This document shows positions 40,120 through 52,000 of a DNA stretch of 64,000 nucleotides, piece by piece. The notes beneath the pieces are model-generated. The model had not been told where the DNA came from and did no database searches. It was given only the letters and a program-made list of their open reading frames with translations. Source of the stretch: Paraspadella gotoi (lineage: Eukaryota; Animalia; Chaetognatha); assembly GCA_051294375.1 (NCBI GenBank), contig JBJCIZ010000028.1, forward strand, positions 744,437 through 808,436. Reading direction: 5' to 3'. Made by a program: the position numbers and the translations under genes. Positions within the stretch are counted from its first letter, which is position 1. Every line of letters begins with the position of its first letter.

Positions 40120-43100
40120 GGAAAGAGAGGAAAAGAATCTTTCACTCCAATCCCTTTCGTTCAACTCAGGCCGATGATGTCCAACAACGGACCCTCTCGT
40201 CTCTCGCCGACCAACAACAACGAGACCAACGACGTCTTCAAGAAAGACGTGATGGATCCGAGCGGCGGCGGCGACGGAATAGACGGTGAGAGAACATTGT
40301 CGTTTTGTTGTCGTTTTTATCGTCGTTGTTTTCGTCATCTTTGTTTTTATTGAAGAGACCGAAATAATTGTTACGAGTTAGTGACTGAACCCTTTGATTA
40401 GGCAGTCCCTGAGCTTCGGATCAGGTTGTTACACCGTGTTACAGGCGGGTTAAGCGGGTTAGAACCCAGGACCTTTAGGTTGGGAGGCGTATGACTTTCC
40501 TCCCGCACCAATGGTCGCTGATGAACGGTTGGTGGATTTTATTTCATTTCCGTCATTTTTATCGTCGTCGTCGCTTCCATCATCCAAAGGCCCCACCCGC
40601 GTGGTCCACATCCGCAACGTGGCCAACATCGTGGCCGAGATGGAGATCATCCAACTGGCGTTGCCCTTCGGCAAAGTCACCAACGTTCTCCTCCTCAAGA
40701 ACAAGAGTCAGGCCTTTCTCGAGTTCGCCGACGTCCAGGCCGCCGTCACCATGGTCAACTTTTACAATTCGGAGAGCGTTCAGCCCACGCTGGGGGGTGA
40801 GTCGAGGGGCGGGGACTTAAATATACTCTAGATTGTCGGAGGTTCAGGGACTGGGGTGGGAATAGGAAGATGTGTTGAGAAAAGAGGTATCGATGTGCCT
40901 GAAGCGGGGGAGCGCGTCGTAGGTCTTCCAAGCCTTTGCACCATGCGTTGAGATACCATCGGGAGATGCAGTCGACGAGTTAAGGCTGCTGTAGTGACTA
41001 ACCACCAGAGAAAAGTCCCCTCATTACTATGTGTGAATCTTCGAGTTCGTTGTTTGTATATTATACAAACAACGATCTCCAAGATTATGTATATATTAGA
41101 ACCGAAGAGTTCTTTATTCATTGGCATACATTTACTTACATTTACATACATTTACATTTAAAAAAGCGCATCTGCGAACGGACATCATTCTTAGTTTTCC
41201 CCTTTTTCCAATGTATCATATTGCATTCAGGTCGAGCCGTCTTCATACAACACTCTCAGCACAAGGAGCTCCACACGTCCGGAACTCACTCCAACGCCAA
41301 CGCGCAGACTCAGGCGGCCATCCAGGCCGCGCAGGCAGTCGCCGGCGGCGGATCCGGCAAAGGGGAGAAAGTCGGCAACGATCCATCGCCGGGTACGAAT
41401 CATTGATATAGTTAAAATAATTCATCGTTCATATTTAATTCATCAAATTTCCCCCTCTTCATTCAGTCCTCCGCGTGATCGTAGAGAACATGCTGTACCC
41501 CATCACCCTCGAGACTCTGCTGTTGATCTTCAAAAAGTACGGACCGATCCAGAAGATCGTCACCTTCACGAAGAACAACACCTTCCAGTCGCTCATCCAG
41601 TACGAGACGATCAAGAGCGCCGAGGTGGCCAAGGTCGCCCTCAACGGACAGAACATTTACAACGGGTGAGAAGGCCAATGTTGTAAACTTTTTTAATTTA
41701 GTAAATTAGTAATTATAATTTAGTAATTTACCAACAGTAAGACGTATTAAAGATTCAGCTAATCTGAAAGCCGCTATTTTTCTAACTCTCAAGGGAATAT
41801 TGCTTAATTGTGTTCGTTCATAATGTAAGAAAAACCCGATACGATCGACCATATGTATTCCATATGAAATTGAATTGAGCGCTGATATTTTAATCTTTAT
41901 GTTGGTTTAATCACTACGTGTATGCCCTCGACCATCTTTGACACAAAAACCCTCCACTCTTTCGTACCAGCTGTTGCCATCTCCGCGTCGATTTTTCCAA
42001 GATGACGAACCTCAGCGTGAAGTTCAACAACGACAAGAGTCGCGACTTCACGAATCCCTCGCTTCCGACGGGCGATATGCCCGTCTCGGCGCCGGGCGCG
42101 GTCGCCGGCGGCGGCGGGCCAAAGAACGGGCCGGGCATTCTGGCGCCTAGTCCCTTTTCTTCTCCGCCAGGGTGAGAGATTTGGATTTGAAATAAAATAA
42201 ACCCAAAGATAAAAAAAAAAAAAATTATTAACTTCTTTTCGTCCCCAGTTACGGCGGTCCCAAAATGGATGCTCCAACGGGCCCTCCTCCCAATTTCGGC
42301 CCCAACATGAAAGGCGGTTTCCCGCCTGGACCCCCGAACAGCCTTCATAGCGGCGGCCCCGGCGCGGGCCCCTCGGCCGCGGCCCGCCGGTCCTCCGCAG
42401 CCGCCCCTGAATCCCCAATTGGCGGCGCTCATCCAATCCCTGGCCGCTCTCTCCGGCAACCCGCAACAGGCGGCCCTGCTGACCTCACTGGGTCTGGGCG
42501 GCTTGCCGAGCGGAAACGCCGGCGGCAATAATCCCGCCGCCGCCGCGGCGCAGGCCACGCTCCTGGCGCGTCTGGCCGGGCTGCAGGGCAACCCTATGGC
42601 CGGGATTGGCGCCGCCGCGGCCGCCGCTGGTCCCGGCGCGGCGACGGGCGGCTCCGGCTCCGTGCTGCTCGTCTCCAATCTTCCCGAAGGATCCCTGACG
42701 CCCGAAGATCTCTTTACACTCTTCGGCGTCTACGGAGACGTCGTCCGCGTCAAGATTCTCTACAACAAGAAGGACAACGCCCTCATTCAGATGGCCGACG
42801 CCACGCAGGTTGGAGGGAAAGGGCAGTGATGCCGAGTTTGTCGTCAGGACAATGCTTAATTTTTTTAACGTTTGGGTTAATTAATTATAAAAAAAAAAAT
42901 ACCGTCAAATCCATTTTCATTTTCCTCAGGCCCTCCAAGCGACTCAATTTCTGGACAAGATCAAGTTGTACGGAAAGCCGATCCGAGTCACGGCCTCCAA
43001 ACACACGACGGTGCAGATGCCGAAGGAGGGCGCGCCGGATGGAGGCCTCACCAAGGACTTTTCCAACTCTCCCCTTCATCGCTTCAAGAAACCGGGTAAG

Positions 43101-43811
43101 TAAAATCGAGGGCTGGGTGAAATTCGAGGCGGGGTAGTTGTGCTTTTGGCCAAAACTTGTTGCTGACGTCGAGACGGTTCAATTTTTATGTTACTTCTTT
43201 AACCCAGTTTTTGTAGGAAATTATTTCAAATCTAGCAATTTTTTCTTTTTTCTTTCATCCGTGATAAATGTTTGCGACGATGCCACTTTGCTTGAACCTC
43301 TCGTTATTAATTTTTTTTTTTCCCACGGTATTTGTTGAGTTAACTTCGCAGAATTATTTGAAAGAAAGTAATTCATGTCCTATGCAGTATGCAAATGAGT
43401 TTTTAGGGACTTTTTTTTAAATAATATTTTTTTTTAATAAAAAAGGCAGTAATCATGTGAATCGTATTCCATAGGATTGATTTATCACCCGATCCATCAC
43501 GCCTTCCCACCCCCTTGCCCCCACCATTTCCCGCAGGCTCCAAGAACTACTCGAACGTCTTCGCCCCCTCCGCGACTCTCCACCTCTCCAACATCCCGCC
43601 CAACACCTCCGAGGAAACCCTCGTCGACGCCTTCAAAGAGTTCGGCGCCGTCAACGCCTTTAAGTTTTTCCCCAAGGATCACAAGATGGCGCTCATCGGT
43701 CTGGACAGCGTGGAGGAGGCTGTCGTGGCCCTCATCAAGATGCACAACTACCAGTTGGCCGAGTCTTCCCATCTCAGGGTCTCCTTCTCAAAATCCAACA
43801 TCCAGATGTGA
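39737..43811 (+). CDS. PTBP: Polypyrimidine tract-binding protein, copy B (RRM1-4, to stop; 5' exons only in copy A)
   Basis: [90 protein letters not shown]. Confidence 0.92.
40401..40530 (-). mobile_element. tRNA-derived SINE (family 1), duplicate of 36657-36785
   Basis: Direct sequence identity within the duplicated block. Confidence 0.75.
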
Positions 43812-44097
43812 AGAGAGAAAAAGGAAGGGGGGAGCGACGGGGGTAGGGTGGTGTAGGGTGGGTGGGAGATGAAGACTGAATTTGAAAAATGGAGTGAAAC
43901 GTTTTGTGTTATCTATTGGTTCCCCATCCCCCTCTATCCTCTACCACCACCCCCGCCCAATCATCCTCTCTCTCTCTTTCTCACCCTTTCTCTCTCCTTC
44001 GCTCCGCCCGTCGTCTCTCACGTCTTCATTTTTTGGCGTGAATTCTCTCTCTTTTTCTCTCATTTTCTCTCTCTCTCTCTTTCTCTTTCTCTCTCTT

Positions 44098-44163
<66 letters not shown>

Positions 44164-45417
44164 ACTAACGATGCGATATATTTCTTTATACTTAACACTG
44201 CCCTCTTCCAATACTCTCGAATTGTAAGATGAGAAAACGTGTTCGTATTTGAAATTTCCTCTTTCGGTTATTCTTTATTTCCCCCTCCCTCACCCCGTTT
44301 TACTCAAGCGAAATAAAAAAAAAACTGTGATGTTTAGAAAGGGAAAAGAAAAAAAAAACCCATTGTTATATAACGTTATATAACGTTTTAACATTGTTAC
44401 GTAACGTTTTAAGAAGTCATTGTTATTATTTTTTACAACAACAACAACAAAAAAAACTTCATTCGTTAGTCGTTTTCACGCGAGACAGTTCAATCTTTCT
44501 CTCTATCTTCTTCCTAGTTAAATTTTTGTTGATAGTTAGATTTTTTTTCGCAAATCGATTCTTTGTTATGAGAAGAAAACAAAATTTGATCCTCTCCTCT
44601 CCTATTCTATCCCCTTCTATCCCATTCTATCCCATTCTCCTCCCAACTACTAGATTTTTTCCATTTATTATTGCGGTGTGTGGCCCTGTGCTTTTTTTTT
44701 TCTTTGTTCGTTTCGTGCCTTATATTAACTTTTTTTTTACAAATTGTTTCACCCTGTATCGGATTTTCTTTCTCCTATTAATCACTTCGTAACCGTCGTC
44801 GACGGATCAAAAAAAAAAAAAATACTTTGATCCTTCGGAGCTTTTTTTTTCTTCGTTTGGGATTTTTCAATATCGATCATTTATAAATATATATACAAAG
44901 GAATATTAATTATCCAATATTCAAGCGCAGCTCAAGGTGCAGGCTTAATACTAATGAATAAAAAAAAATTAATTATAAATCGCATCCCTGTAATGTGTAC
45001 ATTTTCCTTTTTTTTTCCCAAAGGTTAAAATTTTGGTTTTAACCAAGTTTTTCCCCACTTATTCTACCCGCGTGTTTCTTTTAAATCCTTTTTTTTTCGG
45101 TCCGCTTTCAAAAAAACAATACCTTTTCGCTCTATTAACTGTCTATCAAATTTACGGATTTTATATTTCGTGTGCTTTTGATTTATTTCATTTCTCGATT
45201 CGAAGATTTTTTTTTGTTAGGAGTTCGTCCCTCGATTTCGGGCGAAGGAGACGAAAAGAAGAGAGACTTACGTTTCGTCTCTCAATTTTCAAGTCGCGTT
45301 TCATTTCCTTTTATATTCAAAAAGTCGAAAATCGCGAGACGTATTCTTATAAAAAAAAAATTTCCTCGACGATAAAATCCAGCTTCTTCTGTATGTCGAA
45401 TCGTTCAGTAACGCGCC

Positions 45418-45431
45418 GTTGTCATGGAAAC
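45418..45431. promoter_or_regulatory. RFX X-box-like motif upstream of LMAN2
   Basis: GTTGTCATGGAAAC versus consensus GTTGCCATGG[CA]AAC. Confidence 0.5.
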
Positions 45432-45773
45432 GGTTGTAATCTTTTTATTTTTCACCTTAATTTTCCTAATTTCCCCACAAGTCGCTAAAAAAAAACCGTA
45501 TCCACATTTTAAAAGTACGTCTTTCTCAAAAAAAAAAGTGCCTTTGACTACTATTTTTTTTCTCCCCTTTCTCCCTTTTTACTCCTCTTCCAATATATAT
45601 TTCACATACAAGGAGCATCCAAGAGTGTATAAAGATTCATATATATTTTTTCTTGTTTCTTTGTTAGTTTCATTCCCGCGATTAGAACCTTTTTTTTCCC
45701 GCCGTGAAAAAAAAATTAAAAACTATTTGAGAAAGAGAGAGAGAAAATCATTTTCGAGTTTGAGACGTAAACG

Positions 45774-46035
45774 ATGCGACGAATTAACGGAATCGTCGCG
45801 GCGACGATCTTCGTGGTCGTCTTCGTCCTGGCGCCGGCGCCGGCCGAATCGGGCGATCGATCCTTCTACCAAAAGCGCGAACACTCCCTCGCCAAACCTT
45901 ACAACTCTCTCAGCGGATTCGGCGCCGGCGCCACCACGTGGGACTTTGGCGGCGACGCGATGGTCACGCCCAATCACGTCCGGTTGACCGGAGAGAAGAA
46001 GGGAGAGAAAGGGTATTTGTGGAACAGGTGGGCGG

Positions 46036-46066
<31 letters not shown>

Positions 46067-49000
46067 AGCAAGTGAGCGAGTTAGCGAAAGAAATTAACAT
46101 ATTCATCATAAATTCAATGATAGGGAAGCCAAAAACTCTTTGTCAAGATTATCTATATTGAAAATGTAAGCGGTATGGTAGTATTTCATACTCCGTGACT
46201 CGTCCGAGAATCAGCAGCACTTATGGCGCCGGAGGTAGCACGAGCTCCTCCCAACCCAAAGGACTCGGGTTCGCGCCCTGCTGATGCACACAGGAAAGCA
46301 CGGCACGATGGGGCGTCTAACCCACCACCGATCCAAAGTTCGGGACCTTGTGTGCAACGGACGGTGAACTGCTCGCGGCATCGTCTTCCACAGGGTTTAT
46401 AATTGTTATCATCTTGGAAAGATGATGATGATGATGCAAGAACGAAACGAATCTTTGGGTTAAGAAACTTAATTGATCTAGGTAGATGGTTCATGGATTT
46501 TTAGCCGTCACCGTCACAAAAACTTGTTTACAGAGAGGGATGGAGTCTTTTACCCACCATAGCCTGTCCATATTGAGGAGACAAAAAAGATTATTTATTG
46601 AATGAATGTATGGCAACGGGGAGACGTGTGTGATGCCTGGGGTGTGAGGAATCTCCCTACAGCTGTCGCTCATGGTTTTGGACCTGCAGTGACCACCCCA
46701 TGTCACTGACGTGTTTATGCCGTCTCCATCACACTTTAACCAGCGTGACCGTGAGGGGATCGAACCCGGAACTCACGGTTGGTGAATGAGTACTTAGCTG
46801 TCCAAGCCGATGGGACGAGCTGAGTTTCACCAAGCTATGCGGGAGGAGAATTTAGGATTCGCCACAAATTGATTATTTTATATTGGTTGTACAAATTTCA
46901 TATCAATTTCCCATCCGTATTTAAATAAGGATGGAAACAACTTTCAAAAACTGGGAAGTTCACCTCCACTTTCGCATCAAATCGGAAAAGTCGAAGAGCT
47001 ACGCCGCCGACGGCCTCGCCTTTTGGTACACCAAGGATCGGATGACGCCGGGCGACGTCTTCGGGTCTCAGAACAACTTCAAGGGTGAGAAAGAGAGAGA
47101 AAAGTGAAAGATGGAGACGAAACCAAAAATGCCTCCCCCGTTTTTTTGTCCTCCAGGTCTCGGAGTCTTCGTCGACACGTTCGCCAACGATTGGAACAAC
47201 GAGCACAAGTTCCCCCGCATCAGCGCCATGGTGTCGAGCGGCGAGGCCTCCTTCGATCACGACAAAGACGGGTTTTCGACTGTCCTGGGTTAGGGGGGGG
47301 AAGGAGCTCATTGTGGATTAGAGCGGAGTGAAAGTTACGTACGAAAATTCTAAATGTCAATTATGAACAACATACCATCAGTGAACATTAATTTGTAAAA
47401 ATAAATTAATTTTATATTCTTCAATTTTTGAAGTAGGCTATATTTATATATAGTACTATCCTTATAAAATTGAAAAGATTTTAAAATAGGCTTTTCTTAA
47501 TTTTGCTTGCAGATTTGAATTCCTCGTCAAACGTTGATAAAAGAAAATATAAATCATTTTTAAAAATTCTCTCATTAAGTAAGTTAAGAAGTAAAAAAAC
47601 TATATTTAATATATAAAATTTTATTTTTCAGCTTAAAATGTAGGTTTTTTTATATTTGAACAACTTAATGAAAGAATTTTTAAAAAAGTTGATTTCTGGG
47701 ACAGGCAGCTTTTTTATCTCAAGATGTATATTACTATCAGGAATACTGAGATTGAGAGAGAGTGAATAGGAAATGAAGGAAAAAGAATGTTTAGGTTCAG
47801 TTAATTGTTTAAAATAGAACTATTTATTAAATATAAATGTAGAAAATATTAACTTGAAAAATTATAAAAACTGTAATAGTAACTAACATTAACTAAAATC
47901 AATTTCATTTTAATACAAAAAAAATTTTTGTATTAAAAAATAAAAGGATAGATAAGAATAGATAAGAGATAGAAGGGAAATAATAAGACATAAAATTATA
48001 AAGAGAGCTCAACATAAAGATAGCCACCCCTACGTGGACAAATAAAAGGTAGTACCGATAAGAAATGGGTCATGAGAGGGGTCAAGTCAACCTCAGTTTC
48101 TTCTTTACCGACTAAACTGTTATATGTGGGTCACTGGGTCAGGTAATGTTTCCGTGAGGAACAGATCTAGTGCGACTCAATTTAACTTTAAATACCTGCC
48201 AGTTGCCCTCTTTTCAGGTAAGGTAGGGCCAGCCTGTCCATTAGGCCGGAACAGGTTGAAAACAGAAGTTCTCTCAAATAAAATAATGATAAAGTGACTG
48301 TTAGAGAATATGAAAATAAAAATAATTTTAAAAAATTATCTTATTAATAAGCGCACGGAAGCATTTAAAGATTATTTTATTACTATATAAAGTTAAAATT
48401 TTTTTTTGAAATTTTTTCAATTTTTTTTAATGGATTCTGATAGAGCTTTAAAAAGTTAGATAAAGGTTATTAATACAATTTTTAAAATTTTTTTGTTTTA
48501 TTGATAAAAATTTAAAAAACTATAAAATTCATCAATGATATGATGATGAAAGATTTTTTAACGTTTTTTCTGTTTTTAAACCAATTTCTTGTCAAAATTT
48601 TAAAAAATTGTACGTACTAACTTTCATTTACTTTTTCAAGCTCTATAGGAATCCGTTCTTAAAAACTAATTTTAAAAAAAAAAATAATTTTGTCATTTGT
48701 TATATATTAATAAATATTTAAAAGCTTCAATGCAACAACCCAATGAACTAATTCAAAAAGGTTGCATTGAAAATCGATTGAGTAATAGAAGGAAAAAAAA
48801 GGAATTTTTTTGAGAGAATTAAAAGTTATAAAAAGTGTTTCAATTTGGCCCGCCTTACTGTCCATGCTGATTTAAAATTTGGTTGCTACACAGGTGATTA
48901 GAGGCATTGGTTGCTTATTGCTTTTTCCAGAGGTCTCCCTCTGCTCGGCGAGTAGAGACGGGGGAGTCATTGTGCGAGCGTGGGTGGTCCGGGATCATCC

Positions 49001-52000
49001 ACCCACCAAATTTAGCAGAAGGTTCAAGGGTTCAAGAGATTGACTTTTTGTTTATTCTCTTTTTTCGTTTGTTTGTCCTTTGCATATTTTTTTTTGTTTT
49101 GGGTTTTTTAAATGAGTTTTGAAATAAACGATGAAGTCTTTTACACAACGATTACATTTAATTTTTTTTTGTAATGTCTTTAGACCATATTTCTCTATTA
49201 TAACAATATAATATTGGTATTATTGATTTAGGTATCTGACATAAAATACAATGAAAGTTCATCAGCCATTTAAACGTCAAAGTTAAGGTAAAAAGGCTTG
49301 TGCGTCTGCATAATTAAACAATATCTAATAATTAAATAAAATATTTAAATTATACTTTTGAAATAAATAATAAAAAAGAACATATAACATATCTAAGCAA
49401 TATTTATAAAATNNNNNNNNNNNNNNNNNNNNNNNNNAATTTCTTATATTATAGCAACGGGAGGATAGCCTGTGACTACCCGGGGCGGGGGTATCTCACC
49501 AACTGGCGTAGGGGGCTGCGGACCCTCAGTGAGCCGCCTCCTGTCACTTGGCATGTTTAGATCCGGCACGTCCATTTTAAGCCAAGAGTCCGGATACCCG
49601 GATTGAACCCGGGACGCACGGATGGAATAGATGATTAGCCTGCTCAGACATTGATACAGAGGCTGAGGACTGGACAGCAGTGAGGCATAATTAAGTCTTT
49701 GCTGCCAACAGGATCCCCCACCAGACTTTCCACAGGGCCCTCAATCCTGAGGAGAATGTCATGAGAGAAGGTTTTGATCTCATTGGCCCAAGTGAGAGCG
49801 AGCGGATGCGAAGCGAGTCTGGGAGCGTTACCCAGAGAGTAGGGCAAGGCGTGGAATGCATACCCTAAGCGACGTAAGCGTGGGCGCATGGTGCGCAGCC
49901 GGTTGCGTTTCGAGAGTAGGGCTCACCACTTATAGCAACGGAGGATAGCACTGTGATACCCGGGGCGCGGGTATCTCACCAAAACTGCGTAGGGCTGCGG
50001 ACCTCAGTGCACCGCCTCCTGTCACTGGCATAAGTTTATACCGGCACCGTCGATTTAATGCCAAAACGGAGATACCAGGCATGAACCGGGACGCACGGAG
50101 GACATGAGAATAGATTTACCGTATCAGCCATTTGCAGACGAGGCTGAGGACGGACAGCAGTGAGGCAGCTTTAAGTCTTGCTGCCACAATATCAACTTTT
50201 CATGACGAATCCAAATCTTAAAAAAAATCTTACAAAAAGCTATTTTGAAATTTTAACATTTATTGAATTAGTACTAGTATAAATATAGCCTACTGCATAA
50301 ATTATAAAATTTTTTTTATACATAAATGTTCATTTGTATAATGTTGTTCGTTCTCACTTTTAGAATTTTAATTAAAGTTAAATTTAGAATTTTTGGGATT
50401 TCAGATTCGATCGTTTGGTTTCATGTTGTAAAGGAAAGAATGGGGTTCACCTTGGGGGGGGACGTCATCACGAAAAAATCGCGTAGTTTTTTCTTATTAC
50501 GAATTGGGTTGTTTCTGATAGAAATGATTGTCCATTCATCTATTCACACTTTTGTTCTTTTACGTTGCATCCATCCATTCCTTCCTTCCTTCCTTCCTTC
50601 CTTCCTTCCTTCCTTCCTTCCTTCCTTCCTAGGCGGTTGTCAAGCCTCTCTCCGTGAAAAGGACTACGATACCTTTCTCCTCGTTCGCTACGAGCGACGG
50701 AAGTTGACGATCAAACACGACGTGGACAACGCGAGGACGTGGCGAAAGTGCGCCGAGTTCGACGGCGTTCGCCTGCCGAGGTATCCTTATTTTATTTTTT
50801 CGTTAATCTAATTTGCATGATGCAGCAATTAATTCGAATGCGTACATTTTTTTAACGATGGATTTTCATTCGTGAAACTTTTGCTTGAAAGCAGAAGGGT
50901 CATGAGGTTTATGGGAGACACCGTTCTGTGCAGATTCTATGTCATCGCCAATGGTGTATGTTCGGTTTAGAAATGAGTGAAATATCATGGGTTAACGACG
51001 AAAGAGACTTCCTTTTGGCATATACCGTATGGATCCTGGTTTAAAGAAACACAAAATTGGTGCATTGCGCGTCATTTCTTTTTTCAATCGTTTCCCCCGT
51101 CCAGCGGTTTCTTCTTCGGCGTGAGCGCCGCCACGGGCGACCTGACGGGACAACCACGACGTCATCTCCCTCAAAGTCTACGAGATCGAGTCTCCTCGGC
51201 GAACGACGACAAGGAAGTCCTCGATCGAACCGTCGGCGTCGACGCTCCCGCCGCAGCCGCAGCCGCAGCCCACGACGACGACCGGCCGCGCAGCGAGGGC
51301 GGGATCGTCAAGTGGATCCTCCTCGCCTTCGTCGTCGTCCTCGTCGCCGCCGTCCTCGTCTATTATCACAACGAGAGACGAGGATCGAAGAGGTTTTATT
51401 GACGCGCCAGCCCATCTCGAATTGACGCGCGCACGCCCCATCTCGTATTTCTTTCCGCCACGCGTGGCCTTTTTTTTTTTTTTTGCTCAAAATATCGTCG
51501 CTTCGTCTCGCGTCTCAACGTGATATCGTTTATTCGTCGCCATGGAAACGTCCGCGCGCGCGCCATCGAACGGAGGGAAAACTCAAATCGCGGTGATCAA
51601 CATCGTTTCTTTCCTGATTTAATCGTCAGCGCATCCGCCTTTTTTTTTGTCGTAGTTCGTGTCGCGCATTTAATTTTTTTTTCATTTAAATCGAATCCAT
51701 CGCATTAAATTTTTTTTTAATCTTGATCTTTACACAAAATTCTAGTAGTTTATTGAAATTGGAGACCGGATCTGAATTAGCCAGTAGTCGGAATATGTAT
51801 TTGTTTTCTCGTTATATACAACCAAAGGCTGTATTTTTCATTAGGGCAACCAACGCGTCAGAGAGGGGGTAAGTCTTTTTCCCTTTTTTAGGAAAGATCT
51901 GTACCTCCCGTTATCTTCCACATCTCCCTTCCACTTGAAACCTCGTTTTCTCAAGTCAATTGTACAACGAATTTAAGTCGTTAATTTTTTGTTTTCATAG

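Noticed and set aside
41897-42678. Long antisense ORFs over PTBP, TAF2, GPS2 and LMAN2 exons
   Set aside because: Shadow frames of GC-rich coding exons, no independent motifs.
42251-42808. Vertebrate-style 34-nt autoregulatory PTBP cassette exon
   Set aside because: The corresponding RRM3 segment lies within one continuous exon here.
46217-46288. Functional tRNA-Gly(CCC)
   Set aside because: Stems do not pair properly and it continues into a SINE body with a (GAT)n tail.
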